Of a DNA stretch of 64,000 nucleotides, positions 21,590 through 32,176 are shown in pieces. Every line of letters begins with the position of its first letter. Within the stretch, counting starts at the first letter, position 1. Position numbers and translations under genes: made by a program. Source of the DNA: Acidobacteriota bacterium (lineage in GTDB: Bacteria > Acidobacteriota > G020349885); NCBI GenBank assembly GCA_020349885.1, contig CP070701.1, positions 907,880 to 971,879 of the forward strand. Reading direction: 5' to 3'. The notes under the pieces were generated by a model that searched no databases, was not told the DNA's origin, and was given only the letters and a program-made list of their open reading frames with translations.

Positions 21590-24442
21590 CTATCCCGTGC
21601 TCTGCATGGCGGCGGCGACCGCTGTGACGCTCAGGAGCAGCGCCTCCTGCCAGTGCTCGCGCCCTCGGTCGTCCTCCGGCAGCGCGTCCCAGGCGTCCAT
21701 GAGGGCGATCTGAAGCTCGCTCAGGGGCCGCAGCAGTCTGTTGCGCATCTCGACGGTTCTCAGGACGGGCTCGGCGTGCGCGAGCAGGCGGTCGTCCTCG
21801 ATGATCTTGAGCACCCACTCCTTGGTGCGGCGGTATTCGCTTTGGATGGTTTCGTGAAATTTTTTCCCCAATCCCTTGGGCTGCGTGCGGGCCGCGTACA
21901 GGGCGGCGGTGTCCATGTCCGCCCGCACGAGCTCGATCTGGGCGTTTTCGATGAGCACCTGGAAGAACGGCCATTCGCGGTGCATTTTTCTGAGGAGCCG
22001 GAGCCGCTCGTCGCTTTCGCCGGCGAAGGCCTCGAGGGCGCTCCCGACCCCGTACCAGCCGGGCACGCAGTAGCGGTTCTGGGTCCAGGCGAAGTTCCAC
22101 GGGATGGCCCGGAGCGAGTGAAGCCCGACGTCCTCGGCGCCGCCTCCCGTGGGCCGGTGAACCGGGCGGGACGCGATGGGCAGATGGCTGATGTGGGCGA
22201 TGGGCGAGGCCTGGCAATAGAAGGACCAGAAATCCGCATCGTCGTACACGAGCTTCCGGTAGGTCCGGCGCGAGTGGTCCGCGAGATGGTCCATAACTTC
22301 CGGCCATGCGGGGTCAACGTCCGGCTGCCCGCGTCCGGGAGCGCTCGCGAGGATGACGGCGTTGAATATTTGCTCGAGGTGGCGGTTCGCGAGCGGCGGC
22401 AGGCTGTAGCGAAACGCGACGACCTCGCCCTGCTCGGTGAAGCGCACGCGACCTCCGAGGCTCCCCGTCGCCTGGGCGAGGATGGCGCGGTTCGCGCGCC
22501 CGCCGCCGCGTCCGACGGTGCCGCCGCGGCCGTGGAACAAGCGCAGGAAGACGCCCGCCTCGCGGCACGCCGCCGCCAGGCGCTCCTGCGCGCGATAGAG
22601 CGCCCAGTTCGCCGCGAGGAATCCTCCGTCCTTCGTGCTGTCGGAATAGCCGAGCATGACTTCCTGCAGGCTGCCCTTCGTCTCGATGGAGGCCCGATAG
22701 ACCTCGTGCTTGAGCATGGCTTGCACAAGGTCGGGGCAGCGGCCGAGGTCCTCGATGGTTTCAAAGAGCGGCACCACGTGGATGTCGCAGTGCCACGTCG
22801 GCGGATTGCCCCGCGTCCGAAGCGCACCGCCTTCTTTTGCCAGAAGGAGGACCTCGAGGATGTCGCTCACCCCGTGGGTCATGCTGACGACGTAGGCCAG
22901 CACCGACTTGCGGGAAAGATGACGCTTCGCGTGGCGGATGAGCCGGAAGAGCTCGAGCAAGTCTCGCGTCCTCTCCGAGCCCTTCCAGTGTCTTGGAACA
23001 AGGGGGCGCGGCGACTTCAGCTCGCGCGTGAGGACGGCCACACGCTCCGCCTCGTCGAGCTCCGCGTAACGGGCGGAGCCGAGGACGCCCGCGGCCTCCA
23101 GGAGCTCCCCGACCACTTCCTCGTGGACCTCGCTGTGCTCGCGGACGTCAAGCGAGGCGAGATGGAACCCGAAGAGGCGGGCCTTCAGGGCAAGCTCGGC
23201 GAGCGGCCCGCTCTCGGCCAGGCGGGCGGCGCCATGGCTTATGAGGCTGCGGCGGCAAAGTTCCAGGTCGGCTATAAATTGAGCCCTGTTGCCGTAGGCC
23301 GTATCGCGCATGGGTACATCGTCGTCTTTGAACTGGAAGTCCTTGAGGCCATGAACATGCTCCCGCGTCGCCCTGAGCCGCTCGCGTATGTAGGCGAGTT
23401 TCCTGATGTAGGGCTCGTCGGCGAGCCGCTCCCTGAGGGAAGGCGGAAGCGGCAGCTCGGCGTCGTCCTTTGCGAGGGATTTCAGCAGCTCGGGATCCAC
23501 CCGAACCAGTTTGCTGCTCAAGTGAAGGTCCCGCTCGACGCGGTCGATTTCGGCGAGATAGTGGTCGAGGATCAGCGCCTTGTGGGCGTGCAGGGTGCGC
23601 CATGTGTCCTCGGGAGTGACGTTCGGGTTGCCGTCCCGGTCACCGCCGACCCATGAGTGGAAGCGCGGGACGACGGGAAGGGAGAAAGTCTCGCCCGGGT
23701 AGTTCGCCTCCAGGGCGGCTTTGAGGTCCTGGTGCAGCCATACGGCCACCGGAATGACCGTCTGCTCGAAAAAGTACAAGGCGTTCGCCACCTCCTCTTC
23801 GACCGTGACGGAATGCGGCGCGATCTCCCTTGTCTCCCAGAGCTGGACAAGGAGCCTTCGGAGGTCCCGCTCGATGCGTGCGGCGCGCTCCAGCGGCTCG
23901 TCGAGCGTCGGAACGCCGGCGGAAAGCATCCGGTCCGCGAGGCAGTGCACTATGGCGTTGAGTCCGTCGAGCACGGCCCGGCGCCGTGCCTCGGTCGGAT
24001 GAGCGGTGAACGTCGGGATGACTTCAAGGCCCTCGAGGAGCGCCTGGATTTGCGAGGCGTCGATCCCGAGGCCGCGGAGCTCCGAGAGGGCCGCGGCGAT
24101 CGACTCCGGGCGGGACGCGCTGGCGGGAAGGTTCTGCCGCAACATGTTCACCCGGATGGTTTCCTTTTCCTCGATCTTGTTGAGCCCATGGAAGAAGATG
24201 GTGAAGGCCCGGAGAATCCTTATGATTTTCTCCGTGCCTGTCTTCGTACAGTCCGCCTTGGCGGACGTGCCCGCACTTGCGCACAGGGCATGGAGCAGTT
24301 CGAGGACGTCTCCTTCCCCCTGCTCGCGAAGGAGGTCGCCGAGCAGGCGATTGAGGAGCGCGACGTCGTCCGCGTGGGATTCCGTCAGCCGGAACTCACG
24401 CGGATTCAGGAAGGGGAAAGCGCCCTGGCGGTCCATAGGCAT
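21590..24442 (-). CDS. ppc: Phosphoenolpyruvate carboxylase
   Basis: 950 aa. VMLGYSDSTKDGG and FHGRGGTVGRGG signatures. Confidence 0.95.
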   Translation of the reverse strand: MPMDRQGAFPFLNPREFRLTESHADDVALLNRLLGDLLREQGEGDVLELLHALCASAGTSAKADCTKTGTEKIIRILRAFTIFFHGLNKIEEKETIRVNMLRQNLPASASRPESIAAALSELRGLGIDASQIQALLEGLEVIPTFTAHPTEARRRAVLDGLNAIVHCLADRMLSAGVPTLDEPLERAARIERDLRRLLVQLWETREIAPHSVTVEEEVANALYFFEQTVIPVAVWLHQDLKAALEANYPGETFSLPVVPRFHSWVGGDRDGNPNVTPEDTWRTLHAHKALILDHYLAEIDRVERDLHLSSKLVRVDPELLKSLAKDDAELPLPPSLRERLADEPYIRKLAYIRERLRATREHVHGLKDFQFKDDDVPMRDTAYGNRAQFIADLELCRRSLISHGAARLAESGPLAELALKARLFGFHLASLDVREHSEVHEEVVGELLEAAGVLGSARYAELDEAERVAVLTRELKSPRPLVPRHWKGSERTRDLLELFRLIRHAKRHLSRKSVLAYVVSMTHGVSDILEVLLLAKEGGALRTRGNPPTWHCDIHVVPLFETIEDLGRCPDLVQAMLKHEVYRASIETKGSLQEVMLGYSDSTKDGGFLAANWALYRAQERLAAACREAGVFLRLFHGRGGTVGRGGGRANRAILAQATGSLGGRVRFTEQGEVVAFRYSLPPLANRHLEQIFNAVILASAPGRGQPDVDPAWPEVMDHLADHSRRTYRKLVYDDADFWSFYCQASPIAHISHLPIASRPVHRPTGGGAEDVGLHSLRAIPWNFAWTQNRYCVPGWYGVGSALEAFAGESDERLRLLRKMHREWPFFQVLIENAQIELVRADMDTAALYAARTQPKGLGKKFHETIQSEYRRTKEWVLKIIEDDRLLAHAEPVLRTVEMRNRLLRPLSELQIALMDAWDALPEDDRGREHWQEALLLSVTAVAAAMQSTG

Positions 24443-24601
24443 AGCTGTAATAAGGTTAAGGTATGGAGCGCCCGGCGGTCAACCGCGCCGGGAGGGACGC
24501 GGCAGCGGAATTTACACAAAACTCTGGATCTTGCATGGGAAAACGCAGATTGCGGATTACGGCCCAACGGCAGCCGGGCGGCAAAAAAATGTGATTTCGG
24601 T

Positions 24602-24607
24602 TATAAT
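24602..24607 (+). promoter_or_regulatory. Candidate -10 hexamer (TATAAT) for the membrane-fusion-protein gene
   Basis: Perfect TATAAT 20 nt upstream of ATG 24628, with a weak -35. It overlaps the TTG start proposed by the ORF track, which argues for the ATG at 24628. Confidence 0.3.
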
Positions 24608-24627
24608 TGAGCTTAAACAAGGCATCC

Positions 24628-25809
24628 ATGGCATCGACCAAACCGGACCTGTCGGCTCTCGTCATCCATCGCGCGGAGGAAGCGTTTGCGCCCAAGCCGC
24701 GGCGCCGCTGGCTGGGCGCGGTCATCGCGGTCGTGTGTCTCGCCGCCGCCGGGGCGGCGCTCTATGTTTTCTACGACCGCCTCTTTCCGCCGAAGGTCGA
24801 GGTCGTAACCGTTCGCAGCATGTCCGCGTCGGAGACGAACGAGCTTTTCACCGCGAGCGGCTACCTGGTGGCGCAGAGGCAGGCGGGGCTCGGCACCCGC
24901 CTCTCGGGGCGCGTCGAGGCGGTGCTCGTGAGAGAGGGTGATTTTTTGGAGGAAGGACAGGTTTACGCACGCCTCGAAAGCACCGATTTGCGCGCACAGC
25001 TCGCCGAAGAGCGCGCTCACCTCGAGCAGGCGCGACGCGACGCGGAGCGGCTGGGCGCCCTTTTTGGCGGAGGCTTCGTCTCGGCGTCCGAGGTCGAGCG
25101 CGCCTCGAGCCAAGTCGAAGTGCACGAGGCGCGCACGGAATACCTCGAAAGCCAGCTCGCGCTGACCGAGCTGAGGGCGCCGTTTGCGGGGCTCGTGCTC
25201 CACAGGGACATCGAGGTGGGCGAAGCGGTCGCGTCCATCTCTCCCGTGGGCACGACCGCCACGCCCCGGGGACTTATCACGCTTGCCGACCTTGCGACGC
25301 TCGAAGGCGAGGTGGACGTCACCGAGGCCCAGCTTCCCAACCTGCGCGAGGGCCAGCCCGCCGAGATTCGCCTTGACGCCCGACCGGGAGAAGCCTACCC
25401 GGGGCGGCTGCGCCAGATCGTGCCCACGGCGAACCGCCAGAAAGCCACCGTGCTGGTCAAGGTGCAATTCGAAAAAATTCCCGCGGGCGCGCTTCCAGAG
25501 ATGAGTGTGCGCGTGACCTTCCTGCGCGAAGGGGCCGCGCCTTCCTTCGAGACCTCCGAGCCGGCCGCGCCTTCGATTCCGCGCTCGGCGTTTTTTCAAG
25601 CGGCGGACGGGGCGACGGCCGTGTGGAAAGTGAAAGACGAGCGCGCCGTGCGGCAGCGCGTCCGCACCGGCGAGCCGGAGGACGGCCAGGACCCGGGCGA
25701 GGTGATCGTGCTCGAAGGTCTGCAAAACAACGACGCTGTGGTCGTTGCAGGGGGCGAGAACCTGCGTGAGGGGCTGCGCGTTCGCGTCAAAAATGTTTCC
25801 CGCCCTTGA
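24628..25809 (+). CDS. Efflux periplasmic adaptor subunit (HlyD/membrane fusion protein family)
   Basis: N-terminal TM, coiled-coil hairpin (LRAQLAEERAHLEQARRD), and the beta-barrel/lipoyl motif LRAPFAGLV. The track start (TTG 24607) is an alternative. Confidence 0.75.
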   Translation: MASTKPDLSALVIHRAEEAFAPKPRRRWLGAVIAVVCLAAAGAALYVFYDRLFPPKVEVVTVRSMSASETNELFTASGYLVAQRQAGLGTRLSGRVEAVLVREGDFLEEGQVYARLESTDLRAQLAEERAHLEQARRDAERLGALFGGGFVSASEVERASSQVEVHEARTEYLESQLALTELRAPFAGLVLHRDIEVGEAVASISPVGTTATPRGLITLADLATLEGEVDVTEAQLPNLREGQPAEIRLDARPGEAYPGRLRQIVPTANRQKATVLVKVQFEKIPAGALPEMSVRVTFLREGAAPSFETSEPAAPSIPRSAFFQAADGATAVWKVKDERAVRQRVRTGEPEDGQDPGEVIVLEGLQNNDAVVVAGGENLREGLRVRVKNVSRP

Positions 25810-25877
25810 GTTTAAGCCCCGTTTCGACTATAGTCTTTTTTTATAACATTTAAAACATCTAAGGGGAAAATTCCGGC

Positions 25878-26540
25878 ATGGCAACGTTTCTTGCACGCTC
25901 GTACGAAAGGCTTCGCTCGCACCTGCCAGACCTCAAGGAGCCCGTTCCTCCCGACCGGACCGAGGAGGTGGGCGAGGCGCTCCTGCTCCTTCTCCGGGAA
26001 AAGCGCAGCGATGCGAATCTCTGCCGTGACGCCGTCCTTGTGCTCGGGGACATCCAGTACGCCAAGGCCATCGCCCCGCTCATCGAACTCGCGCAGACGG
26101 ACACGACGCCGAACGCCCTCAAGCGTGCGTGCATTAACAGCCTGCGCCATTTCCGCACCGAGGACAGCATCAAGGCGCTCATGAATTTTCTGGGGATTCA
26201 CGTTTCCATTCACGACAAGTGGGTGCGGCAGCTCGCCGCGCAACACCTCATGATCCTGATTCGGAGGCTACGCCGCGAAAACGAGGTCGAGGCGCACAAG
26301 TACGTCCATGAGCTGCGCTCCCATTACCTCAATTCCGCGAACACCTACACGCGCATGAACACGGTCATCGTGCTGCGGCTTTTGGGGGACAAAGAGGTGC
26401 TGCCCGTGCTCGAAGCCCGACTCCAAAAAGAGCAGGATATTCTAAAAAACAGGCCGGAAGACCAAGGTATTCCCTTCGTCATCCGGGAGCTCGAAAAGGC
26501 CATTTCGACCTTCAAAGACGCGGCGGCGCCGAAAGAGTAG
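25878..26540 (+). CDS. HEAT-repeat protein
   Basis: Repeated alpha-helical pairs with the L..LGD / A...L motif pattern. 220 aa. Confidence 0.55.
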   Translation: MATFLARSYERLRSHLPDLKEPVPPDRTEEVGEALLLLLREKRSDANLCRDAVLVLGDIQYAKAIAPLIELAQTDTTPNALKRACINSLRHFRTEDSIKALMNFLGIHVSIHDKWVRQLAAQHLMILIRRLRRENEVEAHKYVHELRSHYLNSANTYTRMNTVIVLRLLGDKEVLPVLEARLQKEQDILKNRPEDQGIPFVIRELEKAISTFKDAAAPKE

Positions 26541-26613
26541 CGGCGGGCGCCCCGCCAAGGCTGGGTGCAGAAACTCGCCCGGCGACACTCTGTTGAAAAG
26601 CTTTCCACAAGTT

Positions 26614-26634
26614 TCCCCCTTTGGTAAAGGGGGA
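26614..26634. terminator. Hairpin between convergent genes (HEAT-repeat gene / maf)
   Basis: ccccctttggtaaagggggag stem-loop in the convergent intergenic region. Weak U-tract. Confidence 0.3.
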
Positions 26635-26795
26635 GATGCGGTCTTTTCAGCAAAACAGCCCGGCGGCAGATAGGGATTTCAATGTACCTACCGTACCCTC
26701 TGTACTTTCTGCACGCTATTGACCATCAGCCAATGGATGTTTCCACGGAAACGGCATATACAAGAAACTTCTTCTGAAATTTCGTTGCGCGTTCC

Positions 26796-27422
26796 TCAAG
26801 GGTTTCCTCCGGCTTCGCGGAGCATTCTTTTGAACAACCCGACGGGCAGCCCGACGACATTCGTGTAGGAGCCGCGGAGCGAGTCCACCAAGAGGATTCC
26901 TCCCAGCCCCTGGATGCCGTAGCTGCCGGCCTTGTCGAAAGGCTCGCCCGTTGCGACGTAGCGTTCGATGGTTTCCCTCTCCAGCGAGCGGAAGGTGATT
27001 TGTGTGCTTTCGGTCTCGCAGGCTTCGTACGGAGGACGCCGGCGGACGAAGGTGAGCGCCGTCGTGACGCGGTGAGTTTTCCCGGCCAGGGCGGCGAGCA
27101 TTTCGCGCGCCTCCTGCGGGGAGGCGGGCTTGCCCATAATGCGTCGGTGGTTTTTCCGAGTCCCGTTTTCCATATACACCACCGTATCGGCGCCCAGAAC
27201 CAGGGCTTCGGGATACCGCGCGTCCCCGGGCGCGCCGAGGGAGGTGGACGCGCTTACGGCGTGGGCTTTCGCGAGCGCCATGCGGCGCGCGTAAGCTTCC
27301 GGCTCTTCATCCTCCTTCGGCGACTCGTCGACAGCCGCGGGCACAGTCTGGAACGGAATCCCGAGTGTTTTCAGAATCTCCGCGCGCCGAGGCGAGCGCG
27401 ACGCCAGGATAAAAGAAACCAC
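26796..27422 (-). CDS. maf: Maf-like nucleoside triphosphate pyrophosphatase
   Basis: LILASRSPRRAEIL N-terminal signature. 208 aa. Confidence 0.85.
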   Translation of the reverse strand: MVSFILASRSPRRAEILKTLGIPFQTVPAAVDESPKEDEEPEAYARRMALAKAHAVSASTSLGAPGDARYPEALVLGADTVVYMENGTRKNHRRIMGKPASPQEAREMLAALAGKTHRVTTALTFVRRRPPYEACETESTQITFRSLERETIERYVATGEPFDKAGSYGIQGLGGILLVDSLRGSYTNVVGLPVGLFKRMLREAGGNP

Positions 27423-27441
27423 CTCTTCCTCCCGCCGCGTC

Positions 27442-28149
27442 CTAGATGGAGCCGCTGCCGAGCGACTCGGGCGGTATCCGCAGCCGCTTCCCCTTCCCCT
27501 CGAAAAACCCGCTCTCCTCCAGCACCTTCATCGTCCGCGACACCGTCTCCCGCGACGTCCCGATCATCTTCGCTATCTCCTCCTGCGTCGGCCTCTGAAA
27601 CACCAGGCTCCCGTCCTCTGCCTCCTCCCCCTCTCGCCTCGCCAAATCCAGCAGCGTCCGCGCCACCCGCCCGTACACGTCCAGCAGCGCCAGCGTCCGT
27701 ATCTTCACGTCCGCCTCCCGCAAACGCGCGCACAGCGACTGCAATAGCTTCAGCGCTATCCCGGGGTGACGGTGTATCAGCTCCATGAACGACGTCTCGC
27801 CGAACCCGATCATCTCCGTATCCTCAAGCGCCGCCACCGACGCCGACCGCGTCTTCCCCTCGATTATCGCCATCTCCCCGAAAAACTCCCCCTCCCGCCT
27901 CGTGCTCACTATCACTTCCTTGCCCTCCTTCGACAACAGCGATATCTTCACCTTCCCGCGCAGCACGAGGTAAAAAACGTCCCCGGGCTCGTCCTCCAGG
28001 CATACGGTCTCGCCCTTGCTGTAGCGCGTGCGCTCGCCTTTCGAGAGGACGCTCTCCAGCTCGCCTCGCGACAGGGAGGCGAATATCGGGAAACGGCTGA
28101 TACGCTGCACCTCCGAGTCGTCGAACGGAACAAGCTGTGCCGCGGTCAT
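27442..28149 (-). CDS. Crp/Fnr family transcriptional regulator
   Basis: cNMP-binding domain (GEFFGEMAI) plus C-terminal HTH (EIAKMIGTSRETVSRTM). Confidence 0.85.
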   Translation of the reverse strand: MTAAQLVPFDDSEVQRISRFPIFASLSRGELESVLSKGERTRYSKGETVCLEDEPGDVFYLVLRGKVKISLLSKEGKEVIVSTRREGEFFGEMAIIEGKTRSASVAALEDTEMIGFGETSFMELIHRHPGIALKLLQSLCARLREADVKIRTLALLDVYGRVARTLLDLARREGEEAEDGSLVFQRPTQEEIAKMIGTSRETVSRTMKVLEESGFFEGKGKRLRIPPESLGSGSI

Positions 28150-28256
28150 GGTATTATCCTAGCACAAGCCCTGCTGCGGAACAAGACGAGAGCGGCTTCG
28201 CGGAAGCGGGGAGGGGCGTCCCGCCCATGAGGCGGGATGAAATGAGCTCCGTTCGT

Positions 28257-28880
<624 letters not shown>

Positions 28881-28897
28881 AAAAAGGAATCGCGGGA

Positions 28898-29887
28898 TTA
28901 GTCGCCGTCTTCGGCGCGCGGGGTGGTTGCCTTCGGTGGCGGGGCGTCGTCCTTGTCTTCCTGGCCGGGCTCGGGCGGGGGGCTCGGACTTGTTCCGACA
29001 GCGTCGAGAGTGTTTGATACCCCCTTTGGCGGAGTCGGCTGCCGAGGAGTCGAAAGAAATTTGTCTTCCTCTTCGAGGTTGACGTTCAAGTCTTCTTCCG
29101 AGTCGAGCGAGAGGGAACGCGAGAGGGCGATGGAGCGGCCGGTGTAGAATTCCTCCTCTTCCTTTTCGGTGTCGCGCTTCTCCTGCTCGAGGGAGCGGTC
29201 GCGCCGCTCCGCGAGCCCTTCGACGACGGCGTCGGTAAAGCGGGAGGTGAAGAGCTGAATGGAGCGAATGGCGTCGTCGTTTCCGGGAATGGGATACTGC
29301 ACCAGATCGGGATCGCAGTTCGTGTCCAGGATGGCGATGACGGGCAGGCCCATCCGGTTGGCCTCGAGCACGGCGATCCGCTCGCGAATCGCATCGAGCA
29401 CGAACAGCGCCGTGGGCATACGGTTTACCTCACGCAGGCCGTGGTAGAGGCGAAACAATTTTTCTTGCTGGCGGCGGATGTCCATCTGCTCTTTCGTGGG
29501 GATTCGCTCCCACCCGGTGCCTTGCGTCAGGGTCTCGATTTCGCCCAGGCGCTCGATGGAACGGCGAATGATGCCGAAGTTCGTGAGCGTCCCGCCCACC
29601 CAGCGGTAGGCGACGTACGGCATCCCGCAGCGCCGCGCCTCCCGAATCACGACCTCCTGCGCCTGCCGTTTCGTGCCAACGAACAGGATGTTTCCGCCTT
29701 GGGCCGTAATTTCGCGCGCGAAGTCGCATGCCTTCTGGAAAAGCGGATCGGTTCTCTGCAAATCAATGATGTGGATGCCGTTTCGCTTGTCGAAAATGAA
29801 GGGCTCGACTTTCGGGTTCCACCGTTCCGCGCGATGCCCGAAATGGGCCCCCGCTTCGAGTAATTCTTGAATGCTTAGCTCGGGCAT
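28898..29887 (-). CDS. rpsB: 30S ribosomal protein S2 with ~70-aa acidic/Pro-rich C-terminal extension
   Basis: S2 core (HFGHRAERWNPKV, LFVGTKRQAQE). 329 aa versus a typical ~250. Confidence 0.9.
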   Translation of the reverse strand: MPELSIQELLEAGAHFGHRAERWNPKVEPFIFDKRNGIHIIDLQRTDPLFQKACDFAREITAQGGNILFVGTKRQAQEVVIREARRCGMPYVAYRWVGGTLTNFGIIRRSIERLGEIETLTQGTGWERIPTKEQMDIRRQQEKLFRLYHGLREVNRMPTALFVLDAIRERIAVLEANRMGLPVIAILDTNCDPDLVQYPIPGNDDAIRSIQLFTSRFTDAVVEGLAERRDRSLEQEKRDTEKEEEEFYTGRSIALSRSLSLDSEEDLNVNLEEEDKFLSTPRQPTPPKGVSNTLDAVGTSPSPPPEPGQEDKDDAPPPKATTPRAEDGD

Positions 29888-29914
29888 GTGGTGTTGTGAA
29901 GGAAAGCCCTCTTG

Positions 29915-30310
29915 CTAGCGCTTGGAGTACTGGTAGCGCTTGCGCGCGCCGGGCTGGCCGTACTTCTTGCGCTCCTTCTCCCGCGCGTCGCGGCGCAGGT
30001 AGCCTGCCGTCTTCAACGTTTCGTGCAGCTCGGCTTTGTACGCGATCAGCGCCCGGCTCAAGCCGTGCCGAAGGGCCTCGGCCTGGGCGCAGACGCCGCC
30101 GCCGTGCAGGCGCGCCTGGATGTCGAGCTCGTTCTCCGTGCCCGTGAGACGTAGGGGAGCCACGGCCGTTACACGATGGCGCTCCACCGGGAAATACTTT
30201 TCGAGGGCGCGCCGGTTGACCGTGACCCTGCCGCTTCCGCCGGGACGCAGGTAGACCCGCGCCACGGCGGTCTTCCGTTTTCCGGTTCCGTAATGCTGCA
30301 CTAAAGCCAT
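29915..30310 (-). CDS. rpsI: 30S ribosomal protein S9
   Basis: GTGKRKTAVARV...RRDAREKERKKYGQPGARKRYQYSKR. Confidence 0.9.
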   Translation of the reverse strand: MALVQHYGTGKRKTAVARVYLRPGGSGRVTVNRRALEKYFPVERHRVTAVAPLRLTGTENELDIQARLHGGGVCAQAEALRHGLSRALIAYKAELHETLKTAGYLRRDAREKERKKYGQPGARKRYQYSKR

Positions 30311-30330
30311 GATTGAGTAACTCGCCTCCT

Positions 30331-30359
30331 ATTAAAGCCGCTTTTGCAAAGATTGTCAA
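30331..30359 (-). promoter_or_regulatory. Sigma70-like promoter for rpsI (TTGACA-N17-TTTAAT)
   Basis: The minus strand reads TTGACAatctttgcaaaagcggcTTTAAT, followed by the AGGAGG RBS and the ATG at 30310. Confidence 0.45.
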
Positions 30360-30455
30360 GCGACGCGCATCGCGCCGGGTAGAATCTTACCGTAAGAAGG
30401 CCTCGTCTTGCCGCGTAAGGATCTTGCCGTAGCGGAGTATCGAGGGGAGGCCTGC

Positions 30456-31226
30456 TCAGAAGGGCTTGCCCACGGGCATCAGATAGAGCGGCTCTTCCCC
30501 GTCGCCCATCTTGAGGAGGCCGTGGACCTTGGCGTCGTCGAAAGCTCCCACGGTCAACGCGCCGAGGCCGAGCGCCTCGGCCTGGAGGCAGACGTTCTGG
30601 GCGGCGTGGCCGACTTCAATGTGGACGTAGCGGACGCCTCGCCGACCGTATTTTATCGTCGTGCGACGGTGGACACCGGAGAAGACGAGCACCGCGGCGC
30701 CCCTCCTGACGGGGTCCTGTCCCAAAGCCGCGGCGGAAAGCGCCGCTCGCATGTCTCCTTCCGCCACCGGCCGAAGCGTGTGTTTGTGGGGGTCATAGCT
30801 GTAGACCCCCTGGGTGAGGCCTTCCACGCGGCCCGCGGCTACGTAGAGCTCGAGCGGGTAGAGCGCCCCGGCCGACGGGGCCGTCCGCAGGCCGTCGGGA
30901 TGCGTGATTCCTTGAGCGGCCCAAAGCAGTTGTCCGAGCTCCTCGAGCGTAATGGGCTCGTTCTTGTAGCTCCGTACGGAGCGGCGCGTAAGGAAAGTGC
31001 TTTCCAGCGACACGTCGCTCTCGGTCCGCGCCTTGGGAAGCTTGACGGCTTTCATGGCTGCCTCTTTTCCAGGCGGAGGAGCCTTGCCCTCAGGAGCAGG
31101 GGGCATCTCAGAGCCCCATCCCAGCGTCAGAAAGGATGCAAGCGTGCAGAAAACGGCCCCCGAAACGAGCCGCCCGCGCCCCGCCGCGCCCACGGTGGAT
31201 TTCCAGAAGTTTCGTCTTGCAGGCAT
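30456..31226 (-). CDS. SagB-type dehydrogenase / nitroreductase-family protein with N-terminal signal-like segment
   Basis: FLTRRSVRSY nitroreductase N-terminal motif and a C-terminal GLGALTVGAF. Start placed at ATG 31226. Confidence 0.65.
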   Translation of the reverse strand: MPARRNFWKSTVGAAGRGRLVSGAVFCTLASFLTLGWGSEMPPAPEGKAPPPGKEAAMKAVKLPKARTESDVSLESTFLTRRSVRSYKNEPITLEELGQLLWAAQGITHPDGLRTAPSAGALYPLELYVAAGRVEGLTQGVYSYDPHKHTLRPVAEGDMRAALSAAALGQDPVRRGAAVLVFSGVHRRTTIKYGRRGVRYVHIEVGHAAQNVCLQAEALGLGALTVGAFDDAKVHGLLKMGDGEEPLYLMPVGKPF

Positions 31227-31537
31227 GGTGTACGCTCCTTGTTTGCTCCAGGCCCGGGTTGAAAGCCGCGCCTGAAGGATAACGTGCCGTTGGATAGTGC
31301 AAAGTCCATTATACAGCAAATCGGCGCGCGCCCGTGACGCCCAGGGTTTTGCCGGGCCATAACAAGGGTTCAGGGCGTTTGCATTTCCGGGCGGCTTGAG
31401 GGAAGAGTACGCTACGGGCGTGTAGGCGTTTTGCCTTGGGTTGAGCCCTGAGTAAGCTCCGGCGGGCCGCCGTCCGACGGTTCCTGGAGGCGGATAAAAT
31501 TCGGCAAGCGCGGCAAGTCCGCGACGAGTCGCGGCCG

Positions 31538-32155
31538 CTACTTTTTCCGCTCCTCGAAATCTACCAGGTCGCGCTGCTCGAGCACCTTGTCCACCATGCC
31601 GTAGCTCAGGGCGTCCTCGGCCGCCATGATGAAGTCGCGGTCGGTGTCTTTCTCGATCTTATCGAGCGGCTGCCCCGTGTGCTTGGCGAGGATTTCGTTG
31701 AGGCGCTTGCGGATGCGGAGAATCTCCTGCGCCTGGATGCTGACGTCCGAGGCCTGTCCCTGAAAGCCCCCGAGGGGCTGGTGGATGATGATGCGCGAGT
31801 TGGGGAGCGCGAACCGCTTGCCCTCGGTTCCCGCCGAAAGGATCAGGGCGCCCATGCTCGCCGCCTGCCCGATGCAGATGGTCGAGACGTTGGGCTTGAC
31901 GAACTGCATCGTGTCGTAAATGGCGAGCCCCGCCGTGACGGAGCCGCCGGGGCAGTTGACGTAGACGTAGATGTCCTTGCCGGGGTCTTCGGCTTCGAGA
32001 AAGAGCATCTGGGCGATGACCACGTTGGCGATGTCGTCCGTGACAGGCGTGCCGATGAAGACGATGTTGTCCTTGAGGAGGCGCGAGTAGATGTCGTACG
32101 CGCGCTCCCCGCGGGGGGTCTGCTCGACCACTATCGGAATGAGGGGCATCATCAT
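31538..32155 (-). CDS. clpP: ATP-dependent Clp protease proteolytic subunit
   Basis: [11 protein letters not shown] Ser site and IIHQPLGG His site. Confidence 0.95.
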   Translation of the reverse strand: MMMPLIPIVVEQTPRGERAYDIYSRLLKDNIVFIGTPVTDDIANVVIAQMLFLEAEDPGKDIYVYVNCPGGSVTAGLAIYDTMQFVKPNVSTICIGQAASMGALILSAGTEGKRFALPNSRIIIHQPLGGFQGQASDVSIQAQEILRIRKRLNEILAKHTGQPLDKIEKDTDRDFIMAAEDALSYGMVDKVLEQRDLVDFEERKK

Positions 32156-32176
32156 GTTCCTTTCTTTCTGCGCGCC

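Noticed and set aside
21653-23656. 667-aa plus-strand ORF inside ppc; also the 355-aa ORF at 21760-22827 and others
   Set aside because: They overlap the well-supported PEP carboxylase gene on the opposite strand or a shifted frame. Their composition is low-complexity.
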